A stretch of DNA of 64,000 bases, taken from Desulfatiglandales bacterium (GTDB lineage Bacteria > Desulfobacterota > DSM-4660 > Desulfatiglandales > HGW-15). Shown here in pieces: positions 19,366 through 29,698 of the stretch. The stretch covers positions 2,400,001 to 2,464,000 of the forward strand of contig CAXXJJ010000001.1 in assembly GCA_963667015.2 (NCBI GenBank). The letters run 5' to 3'. The notes beneath the pieces were generated by a model. The model did not search any database, was not told the DNA's origin, and was given only the letters and a program-made list of their open reading frames with translations. Each line of letters begins with the position of its first letter. Positions within the stretch are counted from its first letter, which is position 1. The translations under genes and the position numbers were made by a program.

Positions 19366-20592
19366 ATGGAATTTCCAGACCTGCTTGAACGATTTATTTC
19401 ATATGTGAAGATAGATACCAGATCTGACCCGGATTCAGACACCTTTCCTTCAACTGAAAAGCAGTTTGATCTTGCCAGGAAGCTTGCTTCGGAACTGGAT
19501 GATATAGGGCTAACGGATGTCGGTGTGAACAACTACGGGTATGTCACAGGATTTCTTGAAACCAACCGGGATAGTGAAATACCTGTAATTGCACTTATAG
19601 CCCATATGGACACATCTCCTGATGTTACCGGTACAGGAGTAAATCCTAAAATCCACAGGGATTATGACGGTAAAGACATTATCCTGTCAGGAGATCTGGC
19701 TCTTTCCGTGGAGGATAATCCGCTTTTAAAGGAAAAGACAGGCGAAACCATTATTACTACAGACGGCAGTACACTCCTCGGGGCTGACGATAAGGCGGGT
19801 GTTGCAGAAATAATGAGTGCTTTAAATTTTCTGGTTAAAAATCCCGAGTATCCCAGACCGAATATAAAGGTCCTTTTTACTCCTGATGAAGAGGTGGGCA
19901 GGGGTGCAGACAGGATAACTGTCGAAGAGATCGGGGCTGATGCGGGATACACTATAGATGGTGAAAAGCTTGGGGAACTGGAGGATGAAACCTTTTGCGC
20001 CGACTCTGTGGATATAAAAATTAAGGGTATAAATGTACATCCGGGTTATGCAAAGGGAAAAATGTTAAATGCGGTGAAGATCGCGGCGGAAATAATCGAT
20101 GGGTTGCCTCAGGGAGTTGGTGCGCCCGAGAATACTGAGAAAAGGGAAGGGTATATCCATCCCCATGTTCTTACTGCCAGTGTTGATGAGGCTAATATCC
20201 AGATGCTTATCAGGGATTTTGAAGAAAAGGGTCTGATCGAGAAGGAAAAGCTGATAGGTGAGGTAGTCAACAGAATCAGCGATAAATACCCGAAGGCTGA
20301 AATAAGCATGGTTGTTAATGAATCATACCGGAACATGAAACAGGTGCTGGATAAACATCCCGAGGTACTTGAAAAGGCTGAAAAGGCAATCGAAGCGGCC
20401 GGGTTGACTCCCTGCAGAACAAGTATAAGGGGAGGCACCGACGGTGCCAGGTTGAGTTTTATGGGGCTTCCAACCCCAAATCTGTTTACAGGTGGGCATA
20501 ATTTTCACTCCCGTTTTGAATGGATAGCACTTGAAGATATGGAAAAGGCCGCTGAGGTGATTGTCTGGCTTATGAAGGTCTGGACTGAATAA
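19366..20592 (+). CDS. pepT: Peptidase T (tripeptide aminopeptidase)
   Basis: AHMDTSPD, LGADDKAG, FTPDEEVG, IRGGTDGARLS, HNFHS. Confidence 0.95.
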   Translation: MEFPDLLERFISYVKIDTRSDPDSDTFPSTEKQFDLARKLASELDDIGLTDVGVNNYGYVTGFLETNRDSEIPVIALIAHMDTSPDVTGTGVNPKIHRDYDGKDIILSGDLALSVEDNPLLKEKTGETIITTDGSTLLGADDKAGVAEIMSALNFLVKNPEYPRPNIKVLFTPDEEVGRGADRITVEEIGADAGYTIDGEKLGELEDETFCADSVDIKIKGINVHPGYAKGKMLNAVKIAAEIIDGLPQGVGAPENTEKREGYIHPHVLTASVDEANIQMLIRDFEEKGLIEKEKLIGEVVNRISDKYPKAEISMVVNESYRNMKQVLDKHPEVLEKAEKAIEAAGLTPCRTSIRGGTDGARLSFMGLPTPNLFTGGHNFHSRFEWIALEDMEKAAEVIVWLMKVWTE

Positions 20593-20597
20593 AATAA

Positions 20598-23500
20598 ATG
20601 AGTATTTCCGAAGAAATTAAAAAAATAAAAACCCTTCTTCCTTCCACCATGCTGAAGGAGAGGGCTGTTATTTCCTACAGGCTTAAAAAGCTTCAAAATC
20701 CTGGTAAAAAGGACAGAGGATCGAAAAAGTCACCTTCGAATATCCTTTCGGGTCTGCTTGCACGGGCAGAGAAGTCCGTGCTGGAAAGAGAAAAAAGGCA
20801 GGCCAATATCCCGAAGATTTCATATCCTGAAGAGCTGCCCATTGCCTCAAAAAAAGATGAAATAGTCGCAGCAATAAGGGATAGCCAGGTCCTTATTATT
20901 TCCGGGGAAACGGGATCAGGTAAGAGTACACAGATACCCAAGATGTGTATCGAGGCAGGGCGCGGCATTTCAGGTAAGATAGGCTGCACCCAGCCAAGGC
21001 GTATTGCGGCATCAACCATATCCAGAAGAATAGCCGAAGAGCTGGGTGAGAAACTGGGGAAGTCTGTTGGCTACAAGGTCCGGTTCAGGGACCGAACCCC
21101 TCCCGATGCCTATATAAAGGTAATGACAGACGGAATGCTCCTTGCCGAAACCCAGGGAGATGGTTTTTTAAATGAGTATGACACCCTGATAATCGACGAG
21201 GCTCATGAGCGCAGCCTTAATATTGATTTTATCCTCGGCATATTAAGGACACTTATCCCGAAGCGCCCGGAACTTAAGATAATAATTACCTCCGCTACAC
21301 TTGATACCGAGAGGTTTTCAAAGGCCTTTAACAATGCCCCTGTTATACATGTAAGCGGCAGGCTTTATCCTGTTGAGCTCAGGTACAACCCCATTGATCC
21401 TGAGCAGGAGGAAAAGGGGGATGTTACCTATGTGGATCTGGCAGTTCAGACGGTTGATGACCTGAAGGATAAAAGGCAGAGGGGAGACATACTTATCTTT
21501 ATGCCCACTGAACAGGATATCCTTGAGACGTGTGAAAGGCTGTCCGGCAGAAACTACAGGGATAACCCGACCGTGCTTCCCCTGTTTGCGCGTCTTCCAT
21601 CATCCATGCAGCAGAGAATATACAGCGTAAAGACTAGCAAGATTGTTGTGGCGACCAACGTGGCTGAGACATCACTTACCATTCCTGGAATCAGGTATGT
21701 GATCGATACAGGCCTGGCACGTATAGCAAGATATCTGCCAAGGACCAGGACAAACAGCCTGCCTGTAAGTACTATCAGCCGTAGCAGCGCGGATCAGAGA
21801 AAGGGGCGTGCAGGCCGTGTACAGAGCGGAGTCTGTATAAGATTATATGCGGAAAAGGATTTTGAAAATCGTGAGGAGTTTACTCCGCCCGAAATCCTGA
21901 GAGCCAACCTCGCAGAGGTCATACTTCGCATGATAGACCTCAAACTTGGAGAGCCTTCCCGTTTCCCGTTTATCGATCCACCCGGCGACAGGAGTATCAA
22001 GGACGGTTTTGACCTGCTTGAAGAGCTTGGCGCAATAGAGAGTCATCGCGGCAGAAGGATTCTTACTGAAAAGGGACGGCTCATGGCAAGGATGCCCCTG
22101 GACCCGAGAATCAGCAGGATGATGATAGAGGCATGCAAAGAAGGATATGTTGAAGAGACCGCGATAATTGCCGGAATACTGAGTATACAGGATCCAAGGG
22201 AGAGACCCTTGGATAAGGCCGCCCAGGCTGATCAGATGCATGCACCCTTTAAGGATAATGATTCGGATTTTTTTACACTCTTAAAGATCTGGAAGCAGTA
22301 TCATCGGCAGTGGAAGGAACTTAAAACCCAGAACAGGATGCGCAAATTCTGCAGGGACCACTTTTTGTCATTCCCGAGAATGAGGGAGTGGGCCTACACA
22401 TATGACCAGATAATGACCATAATAAGAGAGCAGAAGGTATCTGTCACTTTGCTGCCTGAAAAAAACGATTCAGAGTCACGCTATGCAGGTATTCACAGGG
22501 CTATACTCAGCGGCTTTTTATCCAATATTGCAGTTCTCAAAGAAAAAAATATCTACAGGGCGACACGGGGAAGGGAGGTAATGATCTTTCCGGGTTCGGG
22601 GCTCTTTAATAAAAACCCTGCATGGATAGTGGCAACAGAGATGGTTAAGACATCCAGGCTCTTTGCAAGGAATGTGGGGAGGATTGATCCGGCATGGCTA
22701 GAAACCCTGGGGGGAAGCCTGTGCAAATATTCCTATGCCGATGCCCACTGGGAAAAGAGCAGGGGAGAGGTGGTGGCGTCTGAAAATGTATCCCTCTACG
22801 GCCTGCCCATTGTAACCGGCCGTTCCGTATCCTATGGACGGATCAATCCAAAGGAAGCGCATGAGGTTTTTGTACGCTCCGGGCTTGTTGAAAATAATAT
22901 CAAAGAGAAGTTTTCCTTTCTGGATCATAACCTGGCGCTTCTTAAAAAATTTGAAAACATGGAGAACAAGCTAAGGCGAAGAGATCTGCTTGCCGGAGAA
23001 GATGCACTGGCAGCATTTTACTCTGACAGGCTGAATGGGATATGTGATTCGAGGAGCCTCGCCAGGATGATAAGGGAGAACTGTTCCGATGATTTCCTGA
23101 AGATGACAGAGGATGATATTATTCTCTCAATGCCTGACAGGGCTGATCTTAGTCTCTTCCCTGATGAATTAAAGATAGGAAGTGTAAGGCTCCGGACCTC
23201 ATACAGCTTTTCACCCGGAAAGGAAGATGACGGCCTTACAATAAAAATACCTTCTGCTTTTGTATCCAGCATTACACCTGAATCCCTGGAATGGGGAGTC
23301 GAAGGTTTTATGGAGGAAAAGCTGACGGCTCTAATCAAGGGACTCCCCAAACGATACCGAAAACAGCTTGTTCCAGTATCAAATACGGTGGATATAATTA
23401 TAAAGGAGATGGAAATAGGCGGCCAGTCTCCAATCAATACACTGTCGCGTTTTGTCTATACCCGGTTCAAGGTGAGTATCCCTGCCGAGGTATGGGAACA

Positions 23501-24530
23501 GGTGGAGATACCCGACTACCTGCGCACCAGGATTGCTATAACTGATAACAGTGGAAAAGAGTTAAAGGCAGGAAGAAATATACCTGATCTGTTAAATAAC
23601 CGGGAACAGCAGCCCGCTGATATGAAGCAGTTCGATAATCTGAAAAAAGAGTGGGAAAGAAAAGGTCTTACCTCATGGGATTTTGAAAGTCTGCCGGAGA
23701 GTATTGAGACAGGAACTCCTGTTAAACTCTATCCCGCTCTTGAACCTTATAACGGGAAGGTAAATATACGCCTTTACCAGGATAAGGAGCTTGCCCTTAG
23801 GGTGCACTGTATGGGTGTCCAGGAACTGTTAAATATCAGGCTTGCAAAGGATATAAAGTTTTTAAGACGGGACTGGCCCTTTCCCGGAGAGGCAGCAAGG
23901 GCGGCAGTATATTTTGGAGGGGAATCCGCGCTCTGTAATGTTATGTATGAAGGACTCCTGAAAAGACTTTTGAGGAAAAACATCCGGACCAGGGAAGATT
24001 TTGAGGTTTTATCAAATGATCTTCCCGGTATGATGCTGGATGAATACAGAGGCCTCAGGGAACAGGCCTTAAAGGTTATCCTGGCTTACAGCCATGCACG
24101 AAGCCTTATCGATGACATGGAAAAGGCTAAAAAGATAAGCCCCGCAGGGCTTATTCTCTGTGCGGAATTAAGAAAACAGGCAGAAAGGCTTATTCCACGG
24201 AGTTTTCCGGATATCTATTCACTCAAGGATATGTCAGAGCTTCCAAGGTACTTGAGGGCAATGGAAGTCAGAGTGGAAAGGGGCGTATATAACCTTGAAA
24301 AGGATGCGGAAAAGGCAAAACTGGTTGAAGAGTATGAAAACATACTCGGGAGCATGCTTGAGAGCCTGTCTCCATATGCTTCTGTAGAAAAGAAAGAGGG
24401 CATTGAACAGTTAAGGTGGATGATAGAGGAGTACAGGGTTTCGGTGTTTGCACCTGAGGTTGGTACTGCATTTCCTGTTTCTGCAAAACGGCTGAAGAAG
24501 CATATAGAACAACTGGAGATGATTGTTTAA
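20598..24530 (+). CDS. hrpA: ATP-dependent RNA helicase HrpA
   Basis: GETGSGKSTQ, DEAH, SAT, QRKGRAGR, C-terminal WMIEEYRVS.FA. Confidence 0.95.
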   Translation: MSISEEIKKIKTLLPSTMLKERAVISYRLKKLQNPGKKDRGSKKSPSNILSGLLARAEKSVLEREKRQANIPKISYPEELPIASKKDEIVAAIRDSQVLIISGETGSGKSTQIPKMCIEAGRGISGKIGCTQPRRIAASTISRRIAEELGEKLGKSVGYKVRFRDRTPPDAYIKVMTDGMLLAETQGDGFLNEYDTLIIDEAHERSLNIDFILGILRTLIPKRPELKIIITSATLDTERFSKAFNNAPVIHVSGRLYPVELRYNPIDPEQEEKGDVTYVDLAVQTVDDLKDKRQRGDILIFMPTEQDILETCERLSGRNYRDNPTVLPLFARLPSSMQQRIYSVKTSKIVVATNVAETSLTIPGIRYVIDTGLARIARYLPRTRTNSLPVSTISRSSADQRKGRAGRVQSGVCIRLYAEKDFENREEFTPPEILRANLAEVILRMIDLKLGEPSRFPFIDPPGDRSIKDGFDLLEELGAIESHRGRRILTEKGRLMARMPLDPRISRMMIEACKEGYVEETAIIAGILSIQDPRERPLDKAAQADQMHAPFKDNDSDFFTLLKIWKQYHRQWKELKTQNRMRKFCRDHFLSFPRMREWAYTYDQIMTIIREQKVSVTLLPEKNDSESRYAGIHRAILSGFLSNIAVLKEKNIYRATRGREVMIFPGSGLFNKNPAWIVATEMVKTSRLFARNVGRIDPAWLETLGGSLCKYSYADAHWEKSRGEVVASENVSLYGLPIVTGRSVSYGRINPKEAHEVFVRSGLVENNIKEKFSFLDHNLALLKKFENMENKLRRRDLLAGEDALAAFYSDRLNGICDSRSLARMIRENCSDDFLKMTEDDIILSMPDRADLSLFPDELKIGSVRLRTSYSFSPGKEDDGLTIKIPSAFVSSITPESLEWGVEGFMEEKLTALIKGLPKRYRKQLVPVSNTVDIIIKEMEIGGQSPINTLSRFVYTRFKVSIPAEVWEQVEIPDYLRTRIAITDNSGKELKAGRNIPDLLNNREQQPADMKQFDNLKKEWERKGLTSWDFESLPESIETGTPVKLYPALEPYNGKVNIRLYQDKELALRVHCMGVQELLNIRLAKDIKFLRRDWPFPGEAARAAVYFGGESALCNVMYEGLLKRLLRKNIRTREDFEVLSNDLPGMMLDEYRGLREQALKVILAYSHARSLIDDMEKAKKISPAGLILCAELRKQAERLIPRSFPDIYSLKDMSELPRYLRAMEVRVERGVYNLEKDAEKAKLVEEYENILGSMLESLSPYASVEKKEGIEQLRWMIEEYRVSVFAPEVGTAFPVSAKRLKKHIEQLEMIV

Positions 24531-24631
24531 CCGGATGCCCTTGTTCCACTTAACTGTCCATTAAGATCGACAACCTATTTTTGTAAAATAACTGCAATTT
24601 CCATGACTTGAGTAGTTTTTTAAAGATATTT

Positions 24632-24665
24632 AACCCCTGTCCCATAAATTTATGGGACAGGGGTT
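24632..24665. repeat. Perfect 34-bp palindrome
   Basis: AACCCCTGTCCCATAAA|TTTATGGGACAGGGGTT with no spacer. Confidence 0.9.
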
Positions 24666-25237
24666 TTAATCATTCTGTAATATCTTATCCATCGTCACTG
24701 CTATTATTAACATATATTAATGAGGCAATGGCACACATCTTTTCACAGTCTTTTCACATAAAAATGAAAAAATACCTTGAATTCTGATGATAGCATCATT
24801 AAAATTGCTTATATCTTTGCGCCGGTAGAAAAACCGATTCCTATATCTGAGAATGATTATGCAGTGCCATGGGATATGATAACTGCAGCTAATCCGACCA
24901 CAAACGCTTCTTAAGCTTTTCATCCCAGTTCGGATGAAAATCGAGAAAGGTTTGCGAAGAGTGTAATCATTGGCACTTCAAATTCGGTAATATCATGCAA
25001 TCCAAAACAAAAAAATGCAGCATTGCTGCGGGGGTTTAAAGAATCAAATTATTTAATGAGCCTGGATCTGTTTACCAATTCTCCAGCCTGCGCCGGTTGC
25101 TTTGGGAATAATTGCAGGATAATCACAGTCACCAACATTATAAAGCTCAGGAACTTTGCCCTTGAGTAATTCATAGAAGTAGGTGTTTGCTATAAAACCT
25201 AAATGATCTTCATTTGAAAAATAACGATTTGAATATT

Positions 25238-25267
25238 GTCGGGTTGCTTCGCTTAACCCAACCTACG
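25238..25267 (-). repeat. GTAG-family REP element
   Basis: Minus strand reads CGTAGGTTGGGTTAAGCGAAGCAACCCGAC. Confidence 0.7.
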
Positions 25268-25557
25268 AACTTATTTATGGTCACTGTTTCAGTTATAAAG
25301 ATTTTAAAAATTATCAGCTAAGTAATTGCCCTGTATATCAATCTGTGAATTTCAGTTAATATCAATAGATTAGACGATAGGGATGTCTGGGCGATAAAAT
25401 GTATTGTATAGAAATTTTATATCTGAACTTGATATATATCAAATATATCCCAACTTTTAATAGGCTTAAAAAACCTTGGATATATAGCAGTGATATGCAA
25501 TCAAGGCTTCCATCTGATTTAACAGTATCAGTCTATCCATATGCCTTTATTTCTTCC

Positions 25558-25596
25558 TTGACAAAATATTAATTGTTCTATTACCATTAGAACAAT
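25558..25596 (+). promoter_or_regulatory. Sigma-70 promoter overlapped by a GntR/YtrA-type operator
   Basis: TTGACA at 25558, TACCAT at 25582; inverted repeat ATTGTTCTA-N7-TAGAACAAT (25572-25596). Confidence 0.75.
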
Positions 25597-25939
25597 GTTA
25601 ATTCAAGTTAATGAAAATTCCACTGAACCTCTTTTTCAGCAGATTGCATCCCAGATCCGCCGGGCCATTGCAACAGGAGAAGTGCGTGTTGGTGACAGGC
25701 TGCCCACAGCACGGGAACTGGCCGATTCGCTTGCTGTTAATATGCATACTGTATTGCGCGCGCTGGCAGAGCTTCGGGATGAAGGACTGGTTCAGATGCG
25801 GCGTGGACGGGGTGTGACTGTTGCGGGCGATGGTAAACTGGCAAAGCTCCGGCAGCAGGCTCGAAACTTTATAGGAGAAGCCAAGAGGCAGGGACTATCG
25901 CTGAAAGAGATCCATGAACTACTGGAGGAATATCTATGA
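25595..25939 (+). CDS. GntR family regulator, YtrA subfamily
   Basis: PLFQQIASQI..GDRLPTARELA..VNMHTV..L.DEGLV..RRGRG; short C-terminus. Confidence 0.92.
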   Translation: MLIQVNENSTEPLFQQIASQIRRAIATGEVRVGDRLPTARELADSLAVNMHTVLRALAELRDEGLVQMRRGRGVTVAGDGKLAKLRQQARNFIGEAKRQGLSLKEIHELLEEYL

Positions 25940-26904
25940 ACTTAAGAGCTAATGAAACATCAATACGCAGGATTCTAGGAATTATGCTGCCTTCCAGTTT
26001 CATCATTCTTAATATGCTTCCCTTCTTCCTGTTCCGGGAACGACTCCCGAACCTAGTTGCAGTGCATTGGGATTTAGATGGAAGCCCAAACGGTTCGATG
26101 CAATTATTTTTATTATTCATCTTTACTCTGATTTTCGTCGGAATTCCGGCTATTGTAATGTTTTTTTCTTCGCGCAGGAAACCCGTCTACAAATATGGCA
26201 TGTCCCGCGTAATGTCTGTCATGGCATTTAGCTGTACTCTGATTACCTGTGTTAGTTGGTTGATAACATACAATAATCTTGATGTTTCTGACTGGGCTAA
26301 GGCGGTTGTCGAAGGAGGGATTCTTGTCGGGTTGATTATTCAACTGGTTGCATCATGTCTGATGGCAGGTCTTGCCTTTTGGCTTGGAAGCCTGGTCGAG
26401 TTACCTGAACAACCTGTGCCTGCTTTACCAAGCGCTAATCTTAAACCGGATAACCGTGCAGTATGGATCGGTACTGCATATTCAATGTGGAGCCTACCAT
26501 TATTGGTCGGATGTATGGGACTTGGCATCTTTTTTCTTATAAAGCATTTTTATCCGCTTGCCCTGATAATGATTCTTGTGGCAATTTTATGTATTCCATT
26601 TATGTCAATAAGGCTGCTCGCAGACAGTCATGGAGTAAAGTTATCATTTGGTCCCATGAACTGGCCAAGAAAACTTATTCCACTGGAGGCGATCTGTCAG
26701 GCTAGAGCTGTAGAGATTATCCCTATGCAGCATGGAGGCTGGGGTTATCGTGGATCAATGAAGTTTAAGGGCCGTGTGTCTCTTGTACTGCGTGGCGGTG
26801 AGGGGCTGGAACTCGGCCTGGAGAACAACAAAAAGCTGTTTATTACTGTGGATAAGGCAGAGCAAGGCGCTGGCTTAATAAATGATCTCATTGCAAGGCA
26901 CTGA
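25936..26904 (+). CDS. DUF1648 membrane protein with C-terminal PH-like domain
   Basis: LPNLVAVHWDLDGSPNG, GGWGYRG; ATGA overlap with gntR. Confidence 0.8.
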   Translation: MNLRANETSIRRILGIMLPSSFIILNMLPFFLFRERLPNLVAVHWDLDGSPNGSMQLFLLFIFTLIFVGIPAIVMFFSSRRKPVYKYGMSRVMSVMAFSCTLITCVSWLITYNNLDVSDWAKAVVEGGILVGLIIQLVASCLMAGLAFWLGSLVELPEQPVPALPSANLKPDNRAVWIGTAYSMWSLPLLVGCMGLGIFFLIKHFYPLALIMILVAILCIPFMSIRLLADSHGVKLSFGPMNWPRKLIPLEAICQARAVEIIPMQHGGWGYRGSMKFKGRVSLVLRGGEGLELGLENNKKLFITVDKAEQGAGLINDLIARH

Positions 26905-26926
26905 TAAAATATAAAAAGGGAGAAAA

Positions 26927-27436
26927 ATGGAAATTATAATACGACCGCCAATATTATATCCGATTGGCCTTACCATTTTCTTTTCTCTTATTTTTTTAGG
27001 TATATTTACTAAATGGAACTATGGAAAATTGCAAAAATATTTCGGTATAATCGTTGCTACCGCAATATTTTTATTGCTTTTTGCCATAGCGATCCAAAAG
27101 AATTCAATGAATGTCAATAAGTCAGGCCTGAATTTCTCAGGAAATCTTAATGTAGTTCTTTCATGGGATGATATAAAATCGGTTAATTATCAGAAAAATT
27201 ACATTGCTGCCGGATATGAGCTTGCTCATAAGAAGTGGGGCACAAACCCCCCGGGACATAATGCTGGATACTTTCAATTAGCAAATAATAAAATGGCATT
27301 TTGCATAGTAAGCGGCTCTGCAAAAGATGCTATTGTTATCGAAACTAACAAAGATCTCTATTTATTGTCATTTAAAAATTTAACAGAAGTCTTTAAAGAA
27401 ATTTCAAAATATACAACTGTTGAGAATGAGTCATAA
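26927..27436 (+). CDS. Membrane protein with bacterial PH-like domain
   Basis: Two TMs, then LSWDDI..GTNPPGHNAGYFQL; RBS GGGAG. Confidence 0.7.
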   Translation: MEIIIRPPILYPIGLTIFFSLIFLGIFTKWNYGKLQKYFGIIVATAIFLLLFAIAIQKNSMNVNKSGLNFSGNLNVVLSWDDIKSVNYQKNYIAAGYELAHKKWGTNPPGHNAGYFQLANNKMAFCIVSGSAKDAIVIETNKDLYLLSFKNLTEVFKEISKYTTVENES

Positions 27437-27707
27437 AATAAACTACCCATCAATTTGCTGCAGGTGACAGCGTAAGAACTACGTCTCTGAACAAAATGCT
27501 AAAAGTACAGATATCTTGCCTTATGTTGCGAGTTCACTTAACCCATTGAAAAAAGGAAGTTATCAGAACAAGTCTTCGGATATTTCAAATAACCATAAAA
27601 AGCAATGAGTTATCCTGCTTTTTGATGATGACAGAGATAGAACTGATAACATAATAATATTCCGCCTATTATACTTATTCCTTTAACCGGCAGGATGTTC
27701 TCCCGGT

Positions 27708-28727
27708 CTATAAACTATCAAGCCATGCCATCATATCTTTGTCACTCTCCCATTGAAGTAGGTCTTGTATTTTTGAATCGGATATGATTACCGATTTCAT
27801 ATATCTGATAAAGAGCTTTTGTATATCGCGTTTGTGCTTGAGATCAAGATGGAGATAAATAGTTGTTGACTGGATATTGTCATGTCCTAAACGGTTTTTA
27901 ATATCCGTGATAGATTCACCGCGGTAAAGGAGGTCCACTGCTCTTGAATGCCGGAAACTGTGTGCAGGGTTGATGTACTTTAGTCGTTTTGCCGGGATGG
28001 CTATAGAAAGGTATTTTTTACAGAGACGATAAATACCATGCCTTGTAAGCTCTTCTCTTCTTTGATTGATAAAGATACGGTGTTTGTATTGCGCTTTCGG
28101 CTCTACACGATATTTTTTGATATAAAGCTGCAAGAGCTGAGAAGTTCTTTTTTCAAGTGGTATGATGCGGAAGCGATTCCCCTTTCCCAGGATGGCAAGT
28201 GTATTATGGTCAGGATCGAAGTAATCGATATTAAGGGCTGTGATCTCACTGGCCCTGGCCCCTGAGTCATAGAGAAGATGAAGCAGGGTATAATCGCGGA
28301 AGCCGTCCCTTTTTTTGATGTCTACACATTGAAAGACCTTTAGAATCTCATCCTGATAGAGAAATCCTACCAGCGTTTTCTGAGTGCGCTTCTGGGGAAT
28401 ATTAAGTATCCTGTCTGCCAGTTCCCTGTATTCGGGACACATAAACCGGATCATTTTAGCAAAGGACTTAATGGCAGCCAGTCTTTGATTCCGGGTCTTT
28501 GCAAGATTATTACGCTCAATCTGCAGTTCGTTCAGGAATGCAATAATCACCTCTGATGAGATATGCTCCACCTTGAGAGAGCTTATTTTGTTGTCATAAT
28601 ATTTTGCAATAAAAGGCAGAAAAAGCCTGAAGGTATCACGGTAGGATTTGACAGTATTATGACTTACTCCCTTGATGTGGGGAAGGTATTGTTCAAAGAA
28701 CTTATGGACAGCAGTAGATATCTTCAT
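27708..28727 (-). CDS. Tyrosine recombinase RitC
   Basis: SGARASE, GKG, HSFRHS, LGH..IQSTTIY; ATGA overlap with the RitB stop. Confidence 0.9.
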   Translation of the reverse strand: MKISTAVHKFFEQYLPHIKGVSHNTVKSYRDTFRLFLPFIAKYYDNKISSLKVEHISSEVIIAFLNELQIERNNLAKTRNQRLAAIKSFAKMIRFMCPEYRELADRILNIPQKRTQKTLVGFLYQDEILKVFQCVDIKKRDGFRDYTLLHLLYDSGARASEITALNIDYFDPDHNTLAILGKGNRFRIIPLEKRTSQLLQLYIKKYRVEPKAQYKHRIFINQRREELTRHGIYRLCKKYLSIAIPAKRLKYINPAHSFRHSRAVDLLYRGESITDIKNRLGHDNIQSTTIYLHLDLKHKRDIQKLFIRYMKSVIISDSKIQDLLQWESDKDMMAWLDSL

Positions 28728-29698
28728 TCCTTCCTCTTCTGCCATAAAGAAAAATCCACCAGATTTTTACGGCTGATCGCATCCATGACCCTGAGATAAA
28801 CACTGGTGTATTTGTATTCCGCATGGCCCATATAAGCAGCAAGCACCGGAAGGGCATTCTGCGGAGATTGTCCTCGTTTTTTAACGTTCAGCAGGGTATT
28901 TACTGCGAAACTGTGTCTGAGGCTATGAGGTGTGGGCTGACTGAAGTTCACATTCCCTATGATTTTTCTTGGCTGGTCAAGCCCGATATCTTCTACGGCT
29001 TTATGGAATAAATTGCGTATACGATAGTCTCTTATGGCTTTGAGGCCTTTCCCTGCCAGTAGATATGGATTCTCATCATTGGGGCATGCATGCCTGCGCA
29101 CAGCAAGATAGTTTTCTATCTCCGATTTTACGTCCCCTGGTATGGGGATCAACCTCTGTTTCTTAAACTTGGTCTTTTTAATATACAGGGTAGCGTCATC
29201 CCTGTTGTAATGATGTCTCATAAGTTTCAGTGGTTCTGATATCCTCATACCGCATCGTGCCAATAAAAGAATAACAAGGTACTCCGCAAGGTCAGTCAGA
29301 AAATACTGATTCTTTTTTCTTAATCTGTTACATGCGGCATTTAGTAATTGATCGGTTTGTTCACAGGAGAAAACAAAAGGAATGATGCTGTTTTCCCTGA
29401 GAGAGGGAATGTCCCGAAGGGGGTTTTCAACCAGGAGCTCCTGTCGTAAGAGGTAATTAAAAAAGACCCTCACTGAGGAGATCACCCTGTTGACACCACG
29501 TGGCTCTAACTCCAGGCTGGATCTCATCTCAAGAAAGTAAAAAGATTGAAGAGAATGCCAGTCAGCGTTTGTCTCTTTTAAATATCGATCAAGGACCAGA
29601 AGATTAGCCTGGGATAATTTTATGCTGTATCCCAGGCCTTGACGATAAGTAAGATAATCATTTAGTTGCGGAGCAAGAAAACTTTCAAAGTTCTTCAT
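28724..29698 (-). CDS. Tyrosine recombinase RitB
   Basis: CGMRISE, KTKFKKQR, HSLRHSFA, LPVLAAYMGH...SVY. Confidence 0.9.
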   Translation of the reverse strand: MKNFESFLAPQLNDYLTYRQGLGYSIKLSQANLLVLDRYLKETNADWHSLQSFYFLEMRSSLELEPRGVNRVISSVRVFFNYLLRQELLVENPLRDIPSLRENSIIPFVFSCEQTDQLLNAACNRLRKKNQYFLTDLAEYLVILLLARCGMRISEPLKLMRHHYNRDDATLYIKKTKFKKQRLIPIPGDVKSEIENYLAVRRHACPNDENPYLLAGKGLKAIRDYRIRNLFHKAVEDIGLDQPRKIIGNVNFSQPTPHSLRHSFAVNTLLNVKKRGQSPQNALPVLAAYMGHAEYKYTSVYLRVMDAISRKNLVDFSLWQKRKE

